From Nitrospirota bacterium (GTDB lineage: Bacteria; Nitrospirota; Thermodesulfovibrionia; Thermodesulfovibrionales; SM23-35), in the NCBI GenBank assembly GCA_013388435.1, contig JACAFE010000032.1, positions 6,851-70,850 on the forward strand: 64,000 nucleotides of DNA. The letters run 5' to 3'. Under the pieces are notes generated by a model. That model did no database searches, was not told where the DNA came from, and saw only the letters and a program-made list of their open reading frames with translations. Of the stretch, positions 17,036 through 27,357 are shown one piece after another; within the stretch, counting starts at the first letter, position 1, and every line of letters begins with the position of its first letter. The translations under genes were made by a program, and so were the position numbers.

Positions 17036-19687
17036 ATGAAGATACATAATCTTTCTAAAGAAGAAGTTTTAAAAAATCTTTTCACTTCAGAAAATGGTCT
17101 CTCAGAACATGATGCTTTGAGCCGTCTTTCTGAATATGGGACAAATGAAATAAAAGAAACTAAAAAAAAGCCTCTATATCTGAAGTTTTTGTCACAGTTT
17201 ACTCATTTTCTTGCACTTCTTCTATGGTTTGCTTCAGCATTATGTTTCTTATCCGAATATTTGCATCCCGGTGAAGGAATGCTTACTCTTGGAATAGCCA
17301 TAATAGTTGTAATATTCATAAATGCCATTTTTTCATTTATACAGGAATATAAAGCTGAAAAAGCACTTGAAGCCCTGAAAAAACTTCTTCCTTTTTATGT
17401 AAAGGTATTCAGAGAGCAAAGAGAAAAAGAAATTTATGCAACTGATGTTGTTCCAGGAGATATTATTTTACTTTCAGAAGGAGATAAAGTACCTGCTGAT
17501 GCGAGGCTGATAGAGTCTAATGATCTCAAAGTAAATAATGCTTCTTTGACTGGTGAATCAGAGCCAATGCTAAGAAGTCATGAACCATTTGATGGAGAAT
17601 TTATAAGGAGCCCTAATATTGTTTTTGCTGGCACAAGTGTAACAAGCGGGTCGGGCAGAGCAGTTGTTTTTGCAACAGGAATGAGCACAGAATTTGGGCG
17701 CATTGCGCATCTTACAAGCGCTGTTAGTTCAGGGTTAACCCCCCTTCAAAAGGAGATAATCAGGACAACAAGAATTCTGGCAACTATCGCAGCAGCAGTA
17801 GGCATATTTTTTTTTATTTTAGGATTTTTAATAGGAAGAGATTTCTGGCACAATTTTATTTTCGCTATTGGTATAACAGTTGCACTTATTCCTGAAGGTT
17901 TGCTTCCAACAATGACCCTGTCTCTTGCTATGTCAAGTCAGAGAATGGCTAAAAGAAAAGCTTTGATAAAAACTCTTTCATCTGTTGAGACACTTGGCGC
18001 TGTAACAGTTATATGCACTGACAAAACAGGCACGCTTACACAAAATAAGATGACTGCTGTAAAAATATATTTTAATAAAGAGCTTGTTGATGTTAAGGAT
18101 ATAAAAAATGGAGTGGCAGATAATTTATTGAAAAATGCATATCTTTGCAATAATTCTCGTTTTATGGAAGGACAATATAAAGGAGACCCCACAGAAATTG
18201 CTCTATTAAAACTCGCAAAAGAAAAAATCGGGGATTTACAGGCAAAGCGCCTTAAAGAATTTCCGTTTGACCCTGACAGAAAAAGGATGACAACGGTTAA
18301 TTTTTTAGAGGGGAAGATCAAAGCTTTTACAAAAGGCGCAACAGAAGGTCTTTTGCCTTTATGTAATACCTTTTATTTCAACGGTAATAAAATCCCGATT
18401 AATGAAAGCCTGAAAAAATCTATAATAGATGCCTGTCATATTATGATGGATAAGGGCTTAAGAGTTCTTGCTTTTGCGTATAAAGAAATAGAGGAAACAG
18501 GAGATAATGCTCTGGAACTTAAAGATATTGAAAACAATATGACATTTGCTGGTTTGATAGGACTTGAAGACCCTCCAAGACCAGAAGTGGCTGATGCAAT
18601 AAAAAAATGCAAAGAAGCAGGCATAAAAATAATAATGATAACCGGTGATAGTAGTAGAACAGCAGTGGCTATTTCAAGGGAAATTGGATTAATAAAAGGT
18701 GATCCGATAATAATCGAAGGCTATGAATTTAATAGGATGTCTGATAAAGAGCTAATAGAAAAAATTCGGGCTGAAGAAATTATATTCACAAGAATGACTC
18801 CAAAACATAAACTAAGGGTTGTTACTTTGCTTAAAGAAGAAGGTGAAATAGTTGCTGTGACAGGTGATGGAGTAAATGATGCTCCTGCTTTAAAAAAAGC
18901 TGATATTGGATTGGCAATGGGAATTTCTGGCACAGATGTGGCAAAAGAAGCTTCAGACATTGTTCTGCTTGATGACAATTTCGCAACAATTGTGAATGCG
19001 GTTGAAGAAGGGAGAACGGTTTTTGAAAATATAAAAAAATTTATAACTTATATTTTTGCTTCAAACATACCTGAGGCAGTTCCTTATCTTGCTTACATAC
19101 TTTTGAAAATACCCTTGCCTTTGACGATAATACAGATACTTGCAGTTGATCTGGGCACTGATATGCTTCCTGCTCTGGCATTGGGTGCGGAAAAGCCTTC
19201 ACCATATGTAATGAAGCAGCCGCCAAGAAGAATGAAGGAAAGACTTTTAGATCTTCCTTTAATTCTCAGGTCTTATTTATTTCTCGGACCAATTGAAGCT
19301 GCTGCGTGTATGTTTGGATTTTTCTGGGTTTTATATAACGGCGGCTGGACATGGGGAATAATGCTTAGCCCGAATAATATTCTATATCTTCAGGCAACAA
19401 CAGCCTGTCTGACTGCAATAATAATTACCCAGATAGGAAATGTATTTGCCTGTCGTTCTGCAAAGATGTCTGTATTCCAAATAGGATTCTTTTCAAATAG
19501 GCTTATATTTGCTGGTATAGCGGTTGAAATATTGCTACAAATATTTATTGTCTATCATCCAATTGGGAATAAAGTTTTTGCAACCTCGCCTTTAGATTTT
19601 AAAGTATGGCTCACTCTCATTCCCTTCAGCATAGCATTATTAATCGCAGATGAACTGAGAAAATTTTATGTAAGAAAATTCAATTAA
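17036..19687 (+). CDS. P-type cation-transporting ATPase, P2A (Ca2+-ATPase-like)
   Basis: 883 aa. TGES, CTDKTGTLT, IPEGLLPT (TM4), and TGDGVNDAPALKKADIG. Confidence 0.9.
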   Translation: MKIHNLSKEEVLKNLFTSENGLSEHDALSRLSEYGTNEIKETKKKPLYLKFLSQFTHFLALLLWFASALCFLSEYLHPGEGMLTLGIAIIVVIFINAIFSFIQEYKAEKALEALKKLLPFYVKVFREQREKEIYATDVVPGDIILLSEGDKVPADARLIESNDLKVNNASLTGESEPMLRSHEPFDGEFIRSPNIVFAGTSVTSGSGRAVVFATGMSTEFGRIAHLTSAVSSGLTPLQKEIIRTTRILATIAAAVGIFFFILGFLIGRDFWHNFIFAIGITVALIPEGLLPTMTLSLAMSSQRMAKRKALIKTLSSVETLGAVTVICTDKTGTLTQNKMTAVKIYFNKELVDVKDIKNGVADNLLKNAYLCNNSRFMEGQYKGDPTEIALLKLAKEKIGDLQAKRLKEFPFDPDRKRMTTVNFLEGKIKAFTKGATEGLLPLCNTFYFNGNKIPINESLKKSIIDACHIMMDKGLRVLAFAYKEIEETGDNALELKDIENNMTFAGLIGLEDPPRPEVADAIKKCKEAGIKIIMITGDSSRTAVAISREIGLIKGDPIIIEGYEFNRMSDKELIEKIRAEEIIFTRMTPKHKLRVVTLLKEEGEIVAVTGDGVNDAPALKKADIGLAMGISGTDVAKEASDIVLLDDNFATIVNAVEEGRTVFENIKKFITYIFASNIPEAVPYLAYILLKIPLPLTIIQILAVDLGTDMLPALALGAEKPSPYVMKQPPRRMKERLLDLPLILRSYLFLGPIEAAACMFGFFWVLYNGGWTWGIMLSPNNILYLQATTACLTAIIITQIGNVFACRSAKMSVFQIGFFSNRLIFAGIAVEILLQIFIVYHPIGNKVFATSPLDFKVWLTLIPFSIALLIADELRKFYVRKFN

Positions 19688-19743
19688 ACCAAAAAATATA
19701 TTATTTGGTAAACTTTATATAAAGTATACACTATGTTAACTAT

Positions 19744-19791
19744 TTAACCATGCACACTATTAAACTGTATGCATGGTTAATTTATATTTTT
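19744..19791. terminator. Bidirectional hairpin terminator between convergent ATPase and sufB/D genes
   Basis: 11-bp stem, ttaaccatgca (19744-19754) with tgcatggttaa (19770-19780). It is followed by tttatattttt and preceded by A/T-rich sequence. Confidence 0.6.
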
Positions 19792-19800
19792 GAGGATAAA

Positions 19801-21051
19801 TTATAACGCATCCTTTGCTGTAGCTTTTATCACTTCTTTGATATTTTTATCGAGAAACTCAGGGATAAAAGGAATATCCAGATTCAAGAAACCAGAAGTA
19901 ATTACTGAAACTGCATCATCTTTTGATATTCCTCTGGACATTAGATATTCTACCTGTTCTTCAGCAATAGGGCCTATAGATGCTTCATGCGAGAGTTCTG
20001 ATTTCATTGAACCCTCTGAGACGAGCTCAGGTATAGCAAATATTTTTGCTTTTTTAGAAAAAATTATACCCCTGCAATCAAGATGAGCTAAACAATAACC
20101 TTTTGTTTTTGCAATCAGGTCGCCTCTTGAATAAATAACGCTTTCATCTGCTCCAATTGTTCTGGCAATAGATTCACCTCTGGTGTCCTCTCCCTCAAGA
20201 ATTATTCTTGATCCAAGATCAATGTAAGAATCCTTAAGCCCATAGATTACAGTATTGAATTTTGCAGAAGAACGGTCTCCTTTGAGATGAGCCACAGGAA
20301 ATGACTGAATTGATTTTACAGGCTTAAGTAGCACGTAGTTATTAATAAATGAGCCATCTTCTTCTATGATTATTTTTGTTCTCGGTCTGACGTGGAAATT
20401 GTCTGCCCAGTTATGTATCATTGTGAAAAAAAGTTTGCCGCCTTTCTTTATATAAAATTCCGAGATTCCAAGATGTATGCCCTCAGCGTCATTTTTTGAT
20501 AAAGAACATCCAGTTATTACCTGTAGCTCTGCTCCTTCTTCTACGATTATTATATTGTGGACATTCTGACTTACATAGTTTTCAGCAACAAGCAAACAGG
20601 ACTGAACAGGATATTGCGGTTTCTGATTTGCAAAAACCCTTATAAAATATCCGTGTGTCATATTTAAAGCTACCTGAGAAGTATATTTATCCATATCAAC
20701 AGGCACAGCTTTCCAGAAATATTCTTCCATCCAATCATATTTATTAAGAGCATCAGTGGTGCTCATTATCTCGAGCTGTCCTTCATAAGATTTATTCAGG
20801 CTCTCATAAACTACAGACTGGTCTATCTGCATATAAGAGCCGGATCTTTCTTTTTCTTCAAGATTTATGCCTGTTAAAATAGCAGCTTCTTTAACCTGCC
20901 TGGATAGACTTTCAAGGCTCTCTATTTTCCCTCTTTCGATATACTGTGTGTATTTTTCAAGATTAATATCAGGTCCATAAAGTGCTTTTTTATCTTTTGC
21001 CTTTAATGCTTTTTCTTCTATTTCTTTTAAATATTCCTTTGTTATCGGCAT
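19801..21051 (-). CDS. Fe-S cluster assembly scaffold, SufB/SufD family
   Basis: Start set at MPITKEY (ATG 21049-21051), overlapping the sufC stop by 10 nt. The C-terminal SHEASIGPIAEEQVEYLMSRGISKDDA is the conserved SufB/D signature. Confidence 0.85.
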   Translation of the reverse strand: MPITKEYLKEIEEKALKAKDKKALYGPDINLEKYTQYIERGKIESLESLSRQVKEAAILTGINLEEKERSGSYMQIDQSVVYESLNKSYEGQLEIMSTTDALNKYDWMEEYFWKAVPVDMDKYTSQVALNMTHGYFIRVFANQKPQYPVQSCLLVAENYVSQNVHNIIIVEEGAELQVITGCSLSKNDAEGIHLGISEFYIKKGGKLFFTMIHNWADNFHVRPRTKIIIEEDGSFINNYVLLKPVKSIQSFPVAHLKGDRSSAKFNTVIYGLKDSYIDLGSRIILEGEDTRGESIARTIGADESVIYSRGDLIAKTKGYCLAHLDCRGIIFSKKAKIFAIPELVSEGSMKSELSHEASIGPIAEEQVEYLMSRGISKDDAVSVITSGFLNLDIPFIPEFLDKNIKEVIKATAKDAL

Positions 21052-21779
21052 TCTGCACACCTCCTGTAGCCGTGCTTTTTTATTTCTGACAGGATATCTC
21101 TCGGGTTGCCTCTGCAAAGAAGTTTTCCATCGAAAACAATATATCCCTTATCAGCATTAACGAAATCAAGAATATATCCCGTATGAGTAATAATTATTGC
21201 ACTGCGTTTTTTATCTTTCACTTTGTCTTTGCCTAACAATGAATTTATTGCTTCACCAACCAATGCTATATTTTCTATATCAACACCTGACTCTGGTTCA
21301 TCTATCAGCACAAGATCAGGTCTCTGCACCATTAACTGAAGCAATTCAGAGCGCTTCATTTCACCCCCGGAAAAGCCATCATTCAAACCTCTTTGCATAT
21401 GTCGGGAAAGATTTAATTTCTCAATTATGGAATCAAGATATTCTTTGCTCCGACCATTTGTATTAATAATTCCTATTAATTTTTCGAGGCTTACACCTTT
21501 AACCGTAGGCGGTCTTTGAAAAGATATTCCGAGCCCAAGTCTTGCTCTCTCATATAAATCAAGATGTGTTATATCCTCACCTTTAAAATATATTTTTCCC
21601 TGTTCAACCCTATATTTTGGGAAGCCCATTAATGTCATCATCAAAGTTGTTTTGCCAGCACCGTTTGGACCGAAAAGCACATTTATTTCTCCGTAGTTCA
21701 TCGAAAAATAAACGCCTTTCAATACCTGACGCTCTCCTATTGAAACCCAGAGGTCTTCGGTTCTTAACATTTCTTCCAT
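21042..21779 (-). CDS. sufC: Fe-S cluster assembly ATPase SufC
   Basis: 245 aa. Walker A GPNGAGKTT, signature FSGGEMKR, Walker B LVLIDEPESG. Confidence 0.9.
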   Translation of the reverse strand: MEEMLRTEDLWVSIGERQVLKGVYFSMNYGEINVLFGPNGAGKTTLMMTLMGFPKYRVEQGKIYFKGEDITHLDLYERARLGLGISFQRPPTVKGVSLEKLIGIINTNGRSKEYLDSIIEKLNLSRHMQRGLNDGFSGGEMKRSELLQLMVQRPDLVLIDEPESGVDIENIALVGEAINSLLGKDKVKDKKRSAIIITHTGYILDFVNADKGYIVFDGKLLCRGNPRDILSEIKKHGYRRCAECR

Positions 21780-22189
21780 CCTAAACTTCCTCCTTTCAAA
21801 ACAACACTTATTGCCAAAACTTAATCGCAGAGAACACAGGGAAAAACTCTGTGCCCTCTGTGTCTCATATTCTTTCCTCTTTTTATTAAACTATTGTCAT
21901 TACCATAAAACAGGGAAGATTATTTTTATCCTTGCAATATTGTTAAATGACAAATTGCTTTATTAACGTGTTGTTTTTAGTATATAATTAAATTAACCTT
22001 TTTATAAAGAAAATAATTTATAAATTAATCTGGTCTTTCTTGTCGGGCTATTGACAAATTATTTAATATTTTAGTATTTTATGAAAAGAACATTCTACTT
22101 TAAATAAATGTATAAACCTTCCTGGATAGGCAAAGTCCTACCGGGTTACAAAACCACCAGAATATAAATCCAATAGGAGTTAATTAATT

Positions 22190-23476
22190 ATGGATAATCC
22201 AAAGAAAAACATTATGACAGAAAACATGCCTATTTCTGCACTCAAGGAAAAAACAATTGACGAATTGACAGAAGTTGCCCGTGAACTAAATGTCGAGGGC
22301 GCAAGCAGCATGCGCAAGCAGGACCTTATATTTGCGATATTACAAGCTCAAACAGAAAAAACAGGATATGTGTTTTCAGAAGGAGTGCTTGAAATTCTGC
22401 CTGATGGGTTTGGTTTCCTGAGGTCTCCTGACTATAGTTATTTACCGGGACCAGATGATATATATGTTTCACCATCACAGATAAGAAGATTTAATCTCAG
22501 GACAGGAGATCTTGTCTCGGGTCAGATAAGGCCGCCGAAAGAAAGCGAGCGTTATTTTGCTTTACTCAAAGTTGAAGCAATAAACCATGAATCTCCTGAT
22601 GAAAACATAAAGAGACCCTTGTTTGACAATCTGATTCCTTATTATCCCACCGAAAAAATAAAGCTTGATTATGATCCGAATGATTACTGCACAAGAGTTA
22701 TGGATTTAATTACTCCAATAGGCATGGGACAAAGAGGCATGATAGTTGCTGCTCCAAGAACAGGTAAAACAATGCTTCTGCAATCTATAGCAAAAGCGAT
22801 AAAGAAAAATCACCGCGATATTCATTTGATAATACTCCTGATCGATGAAAGACCCGAGGAAGTTACTGACTGGAAGAGGCAGGTGCCTACTGCTGAAATT
22901 ATCAGTTCTACATTTGATGAGCCACCCCAGCGTCATTGCCAGGTCTCTGAAATGGTTGTTGAAAGAGCAAAACGCCTTGTAGAATGCAAAAGGAATGTGG
23001 TGATACTTCTTGACAGTATAACAAGACTGGCGAGAGCATATAACTCAGTTATTCCAGCAAGCGGAAAAGTACTGTCAGGAGGTCTTGATTCCAATGCATT
23101 GCAGAGACCCAAGAGGTTTTTTGGTACAGCAAGAAATATCGAAGATGGAGGCAGCCTTACAATTCTTGCTACAGCGCTTGTTGATACTGGAAGCAGAATG
23201 GATGACGTTATCTTTGAAGAATTCAAAGGCACGGGCAATATGGAATTGCATCTTGACAGAAAGCTCGTTGACAAGAGAATATTCCCGAGCATTGATATTA
23301 ATGCATCTGGAACACGTAAAGAAGAACTGCTTGTTGATAAAGATGTTCTTAATAAGATGTGGATTCTCAGAAAAGTTCTAACGCCTCTAAGCACTGTTGA
23401 AAGCATGGAGTTTTTACTTGGGAAGCTTATGGGAACGAAAAATAATAAAGAATTCCTCGAAAAAATGAATAAATAA
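22190..23476 (+). CDS. rho: Transcription termination factor Rho
   Basis: 428 aa. Rho N-terminal domain and RNA-binding domain (GFGFLR), Walker A APPRTGKT-like [11 protein letters not shown], and the C-terminal RKEELL motif. Confidence 0.95.
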   Translation: MDNPKKNIMTENMPISALKEKTIDELTEVARELNVEGASSMRKQDLIFAILQAQTEKTGYVFSEGVLEILPDGFGFLRSPDYSYLPGPDDIYVSPSQIRRFNLRTGDLVSGQIRPPKESERYFALLKVEAINHESPDENIKRPLFDNLIPYYPTEKIKLDYDPNDYCTRVMDLITPIGMGQRGMIVAAPRTGKTMLLQSIAKAIKKNHRDIHLIILLIDERPEEVTDWKRQVPTAEIISSTFDEPPQRHCQVSEMVVERAKRLVECKRNVVILLDSITRLARAYNSVIPASGKVLSGGLDSNALQRPKRFFGTARNIEDGGSLTILATALVDTGSRMDDVIFEEFKGTGNMELHLDRKLVDKRIFPSIDINASGTRKEELLVDKDVLNKMWILRKVLTPLSTVESMEFLLGKLMGTKNNKEFLEKMNK

Positions 23477-23515
23477 ATTTTTGAGCAATGTCTGCATTAA
23501 TTGTGTCAATCTAAA

Positions 23516-23920
23516 ATGACCTCGAAAAATATTATTCTTGAAGATGACTATCATTGTTTCATTTGCGGAAAAAACAATCCTTTCGGGCTGCAGCTTGAAT
23601 TTTCATTTCATAACGGAAAAGTTATAAGTGAATTTGTTTTAAAAAAAGCGCATCAGGGTTATAAGGATATAATTCATGGCGGTATCATATCTGCAATTCT
23701 TGATGAGGCAATGGTCAAAACAGCTTTATTGCAAAATATGCCTGCTGTCACTGCTGAGATCACTATTAGATTCCGTAATCCTTTAATGGTCGATGAACAT
23801 GCTTTGGTTGAGGCATTTATAGAAAAAAACAAAAAGAAAATAATCGAGACGCGTTCAGAAATAAGAAAAACCGACAACACAATTATTGCAGAAGGTTATG
23901 CAAAATTAATCAGGGTTTGA
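23516..23920 (+). CDS. PaaI-family hotdog-fold thioesterase
   Basis: CFICGKNNPFGLQLEF and HGGIISAILDEAM motifs. I chose the ATG at 23516 over the TTG at 23501. Confidence 0.7.
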   Translation: MTSKNIILEDDYHCFICGKNNPFGLQLEFSFHNGKVISEFVLKKAHQGYKDIIHGGIISAILDEAMVKTALLQNMPAVTAEITIRFRNPLMVDEHALVEAFIEKNKKKIIETRSEIRKTDNTIIAEGYAKLIRV

Positions 23921-24559
23921 AAGCTGTAAAACAATTATATTTCTTTTAATATCAGTCAAAGGTAAAGAAACAGTTATAATTTTACTCTTTATATTCTTAA
24001 GTTCTTTAATTTCTTCCTTAAATTTTGGCCCTTTGTTTAGAACCAGCAAGCCATTTTTTTTGATTATATGGGAGGTCTTCTTTAAAAAATCTTCAGTGCT
24101 GAACAAAGCTCTTGTAACAGCAACATCAACATGCTGTTCTATATCATAATTGACTCTTACTTTCTCGATTCGATTTTGTATTACACTTATGTCTTTAAGT
24201 CTGAGTTCCCATATAACATGTTTCAGAAAAACTGTTTTTTTAACAGAGGGTTCTATTAAAAACATCTTTATTTCGGGTCTTAAAAGCTTTATTGGTATTC
24301 CGGGGAGCCCTGCACCGCTACCAATATCAGCAACCTTAATTTCTTCTTGGGGGAGTGCTTTAAGATAAAGTAATGAATCAAGGAAATGTTTAATAATTAT
24401 CTCTCTGTCGTCTAATATTGCAGTAAGATTATATGTTTTATTCCATTTTTTAAGTTCGCCAAGATAAAAAATAAAATTCTGTATCTGTTCCCCGGACAGA
24501 GAAAAATTTAATTCTGAAACTCCCTTTTTTAAAAGTTCAACAACATTTTCTTTAAACAT
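23906..24559 (-). CDS. rsmG: 16S rRNA (guanine527-N7)-methyltransferase RsmG (GidB)
   Basis: 217 aa. WNKTYNLTAI, SAM motif VADIGSGAGLPGIPIKL, and the typical length. Confidence 0.85.
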   Translation of the reverse strand: MFKENVVELLKKGVSELNFSLSGEQIQNFIFYLGELKKWNKTYNLTAILDDREIIIKHFLDSLLYLKALPQEEIKVADIGSGAGLPGIPIKLLRPEIKMFLIEPSVKKTVFLKHVIWELRLKDISVIQNRIEKVRVNYDIEQHVDVAVTRALFSTEDFLKKTSHIIKKNGLLVLNKGPKFKEEIKELKNIKSKIITVSLPLTDIKRNIIVLQLSNPD

Positions 24560-24584
24560 TCATTATATATGATTCTGTATTAAA

Positions 24585-25208
24585 CTACTTGCCTTTCATT
24601 GATTCCTTGCCTTTTCTTTTATCCCATCTTCCAGTAATTGTATTAATGACAGACAGGAACATTAATTTTATATCAAGCCATAAAGACATTTTCTCTATAT
24701 ATTCAAGATCATATTTTATTTTCAAAACCGGATCATCCTCTGGATTATAGACCTGCGCCAGTCCTGTAAGTCCTGGTCTTACACGCAGTCTTTTTGCAAA
24801 ATCAGGAATTTTGGTTTCGAGAATCTTTTGTTCATCTATTGCAAGAGCTCTTGGCCCAACAAAGCTCATATCACCCCTGAAAATACTCAATAGACTCGGC
24901 AATTCATCAAGTGCTGTTTTCCTTAAAATTTTTCCAACTTTTGTAAGTCTCGGATCATCTTCCATTGTCCATGAAGGTCCTATTTTATCAGCTTCCTTGA
25001 CCATTGTCCGAAACTTATATACAAAAAATTCTTTTCTGCCCATCCCAGCCCTTTTCTGTCCATAAAAAATAGGGAAGCCATCTTCAAGAAAAATCAAGAG
25101 CGGAATAATTATCCAGAGGACAATCCAGAGAGGAAATAAAATCACATGCGCTAAAATCAGAATGCTAAGATCAAATATACGTTTATATAAAGGAGATTTC
25201 AATTCCAT
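24585..25208 (-). CDS. Undecaprenyl-phosphate sugar phosphotransferase (bacterial sugar transferase family)
   Basis: YKRIFDLSILILA.., QKRAGMGRKEFFVYKFRTM, and DELPSLLSIFRGDMSFVGPR. Start moved to MELKSP (ATG 25206-25208) because the longer ORF would run into tRNA-Leu. Confidence 0.85.
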   Translation of the reverse strand: MELKSPLYKRIFDLSILILAHVILFPLWIVLWIIIPLLIFLEDGFPIFYGQKRAGMGRKEFFVYKFRTMVKEADKIGPSWTMEDDPRLTKVGKILRKTALDELPSLLSIFRGDMSFVGPRALAIDEQKILETKIPDFAKRLRVRPGLTGLAQVYNPEDDPVLKIKYDLEYIEKMSLWLDIKLMFLSVINTITGRWDKRKGKESMKGK

Positions 25209-25213
25209 ATTTT

Positions 25214-25300
25214 TGGTGCCGGTGGTGGGAGTCGAACCCACACGGAGTTGCCCCCACCGGATTTTGAGTCCGGCGCGTCTGCCAATTCCACCACACCGGC
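25214..25300 (-). tRNA. tRNA-Leu (anticodon CAA), CCA encoded
   Basis: The reverse complement reads GCCGGTG..CCGGA-CTCAAAA-TCCGG..long variable arm..GTGGGTTCGACTCCCAC-CACCGGC-A-CCA. It folds by eye as a class II cloverleaf. Confidence 0.9.
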
Positions 25301-25434
25301 TAACAAATGATTTTAAAGGATTTCCAGACTTTTGGTCAAATAGCTTCTATAACATGTAATTGCATTTTTTGGCTTAAGCTGTTTTTAGTTCACCTTTTAA
25401 AAATTCTCCTGTTTTTTATCCAAATGTATTGTAA

Positions 25435-26400
25435 TTATCAAAATCACATGGAAAGTATTGTTTAAAGAGATTAAAACTTAATATCATCCCAATTAACCTC
25501 AACATTTTTATGGGTTCTTATCCTTACCCGAGAAATGGGATTCTAAAATTGGATTACGAATTCATCTTAATTTTTAAGAAATATGGGAATCCCCTCAAGG
25601 TTACCAAAGAAATTAAAGATCAATCAAAATTAACAGATGAGGAATGGAATCAATATTTTACAGGACATTGGAACTTCCCAGGAGAAAAACAAGATAAACA
25701 CCTTGCGATGTTTCCTGAAGAGTTGCCAAAACGGCTTATCAAGATGTTCAGTTTTGTTGGTGATACGGTCCTTGACCCATTTATTGGAAGTGGCACAACC
25801 TCTTTAGCCGCAAAAAATCTTAATAGAAATTCTATTGGCTACGAGATAAACGGGGATTTCTTACCAGTTATAAAAGAGAAGCTTGGAATTAAACAGGGCA
25901 GTATCTTTCAGGATGTAACTTTTGAAATTATTAAGCAAGAAGAATTAAAAATAGATTTTAAAGAAGAGATAAAAAAATTGCCATATATTTTTAAAGACCC
26001 TATAAAATTTGATAAGAAAATTGACCCAAAGAGATTGAGATTTGGTTCCAAAATAGATAACCTCAACTATGAAAAGGGAAAATATCACAAAGTAAAAGAA
26101 ATATTATCTCCGGAATTCATAGTCATAGATAACGGGTTAAAAATAAGACTGATTGGGGTAAAACCAAAACCAGAGAAGAATGGTGAAGCAGTTCAATTTT
26201 TGAAAGAGAAACTGAAAGGGCAAGGGGTATTTTTAAAGTTTGACAATGTAAAATACGATGAGAAAAACCACTTGCTTTGCTATCTTTATTTATGGAACAA
26301 AACTTTCATAAATGCCCATTTGATTAAAAATGATTTGGTAGATGTGGATACTTCTTTTGATTATAAATATAAGGTTAGATTTTTAAGCTTAATCAAATAG
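25435..26400 (+). pseudogene. 5'-truncated beta-class N4/N6 DNA methyltransferase fused to a degenerate SNase-like domain
   Basis: The ORF keeps HLAMFPEELPKRLIKMFSFVGDTVLDPFIGSGTTSLAAKNLNRNSIGYEIN (motif I region). The upstream (D/S)PPY catalytic motif is missing: the frame is closed by TAA at 25432-25434 and nothing upstream encodes it. The C-terminal 110 aa (IRLIGVKPKPEKNGEAVQFLKEKLKGQGVFLKFD..HLLCYLYL) follow thermonuclease topology but lack its catalytic residues. Confidence 0.7.
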
Positions 26401-26407
26401 GTTTACT

Positions 26408-26991
26408 ATGAAAGTAAAAATCACTATTGAGGAAATCAGAAAATATCTGGATATTGAAACGCCAGAATTTCCTAAGTATGTGGCACCGCTTATCAATTTA
26501 GCAAATCAGTATGCACAGGGAACAAGACCAAAAGTAGTGGGTCAAATGAGCGAGCTTATTAAGGAATTTGAGGGGAAAACATTAACTGAGTGGGAAGAGT
26601 GGTACTTGAAGAAAAACCCGATGCAATAAGGAATGCCACAGAAAAGATATTACTGAAACTGAAAGAACTTAAAAATGCCTTAAATAAAATTAATCGGGCA
26701 ACTGTTGAACAATGGGTAAGAGATTTAGTAATTGTGAAAACCTATGCTGGGCTAAGATTTCAAGAAGCAATCTTGAAGAAAGGTGCAGAAATTAAAGGAA
26801 CAAATTATAGACTCGCCGAGCCAGATGAAGAATCAAAAGGAATAGATGGTTACATTGGAGACATTCCAGTATCTATAAAGCCACATACCTATGAACTGAA
26901 ATCCGCATTACCAGAGCACATAGAGAATAAAATTGTCTATTATAGAAAGATTGATGATGGAATCGAGGTTGATTATGGAGAGATTTTGTAA
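26408..26991 (+). pseudogene. Restriction-endonuclease-like ORF interrupted by a 1-nt frameshift
   Basis: ORFs 26408..26629 and 26590..26991 overlap. The reading ..TEWEEWYLKKN|PDAIRNATEK.. is restored by adding one base in the A5C3 tract at 26612-26619. The C-terminal half has a PD-(D/E)XK-like pattern (EPDEESKGIDGYIGDIPVSIKP). Confidence 0.6.
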
Positions 26992-27268
26992 TTAGCCACC
27001 TTATCTCCAAAAGGTTCGTGACTTATAGCACTCAACCAAATCCCGACTTCGTCGAGAATTTTTTATGCTAGGAACGTTAGCTGAACAAATAACTATTAAC
27101 AGATAACGAATATAAAATGGCACACTAAAGTATCGAAAAATTTTTTACAACATATGAATTATTTCAATAGAATTTTGGGGTTTAAACGGTTTACATTATT
27201 CTGGATAACCAGTTGATATTAACTTTTATGCTATTTCAGGATTGTTCAGGTTATTCGAGAAATTGAAT

Positions 27269-27349
<81 letters not shown>

Positions 27350-27357
27350 ATTTGTAA

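Noticed and set aside
19790-20086. 98-aa plus-strand ORF and 21197..21466 plus-strand ORF
   Set aside because: They are antisense to the sufB/D and sufC genes respectively and have no motifs.
22933-23406. 157-aa minus-strand ORF inside rho, and similar shadows inside clpC (52702..53148), hisG (34140..34544), the ATPase gene (17938..18321) and the OmpA-family gene (41726..42070)
   Set aside because: All lie antisense within confidently assigned genes. All are Ser/Leu/Ile-rich with no recognisable domains.
25323-25336. Possible att-type direct repeat: ttttggtc near tRNA-Leu (about 25330) and at the 3' end of tRNA-Pro (27267-27275)
   Set aside because: Only 8 nt are shared in AT-rich DNA, which is expected by chance. 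It is insufficient to define island borders.
25162-25359. 65-aa plus-strand ORF
   Set aside because: It is antisense across tRNA-Leu. The VGVEPTRS peptide is simply the translated T-arm.
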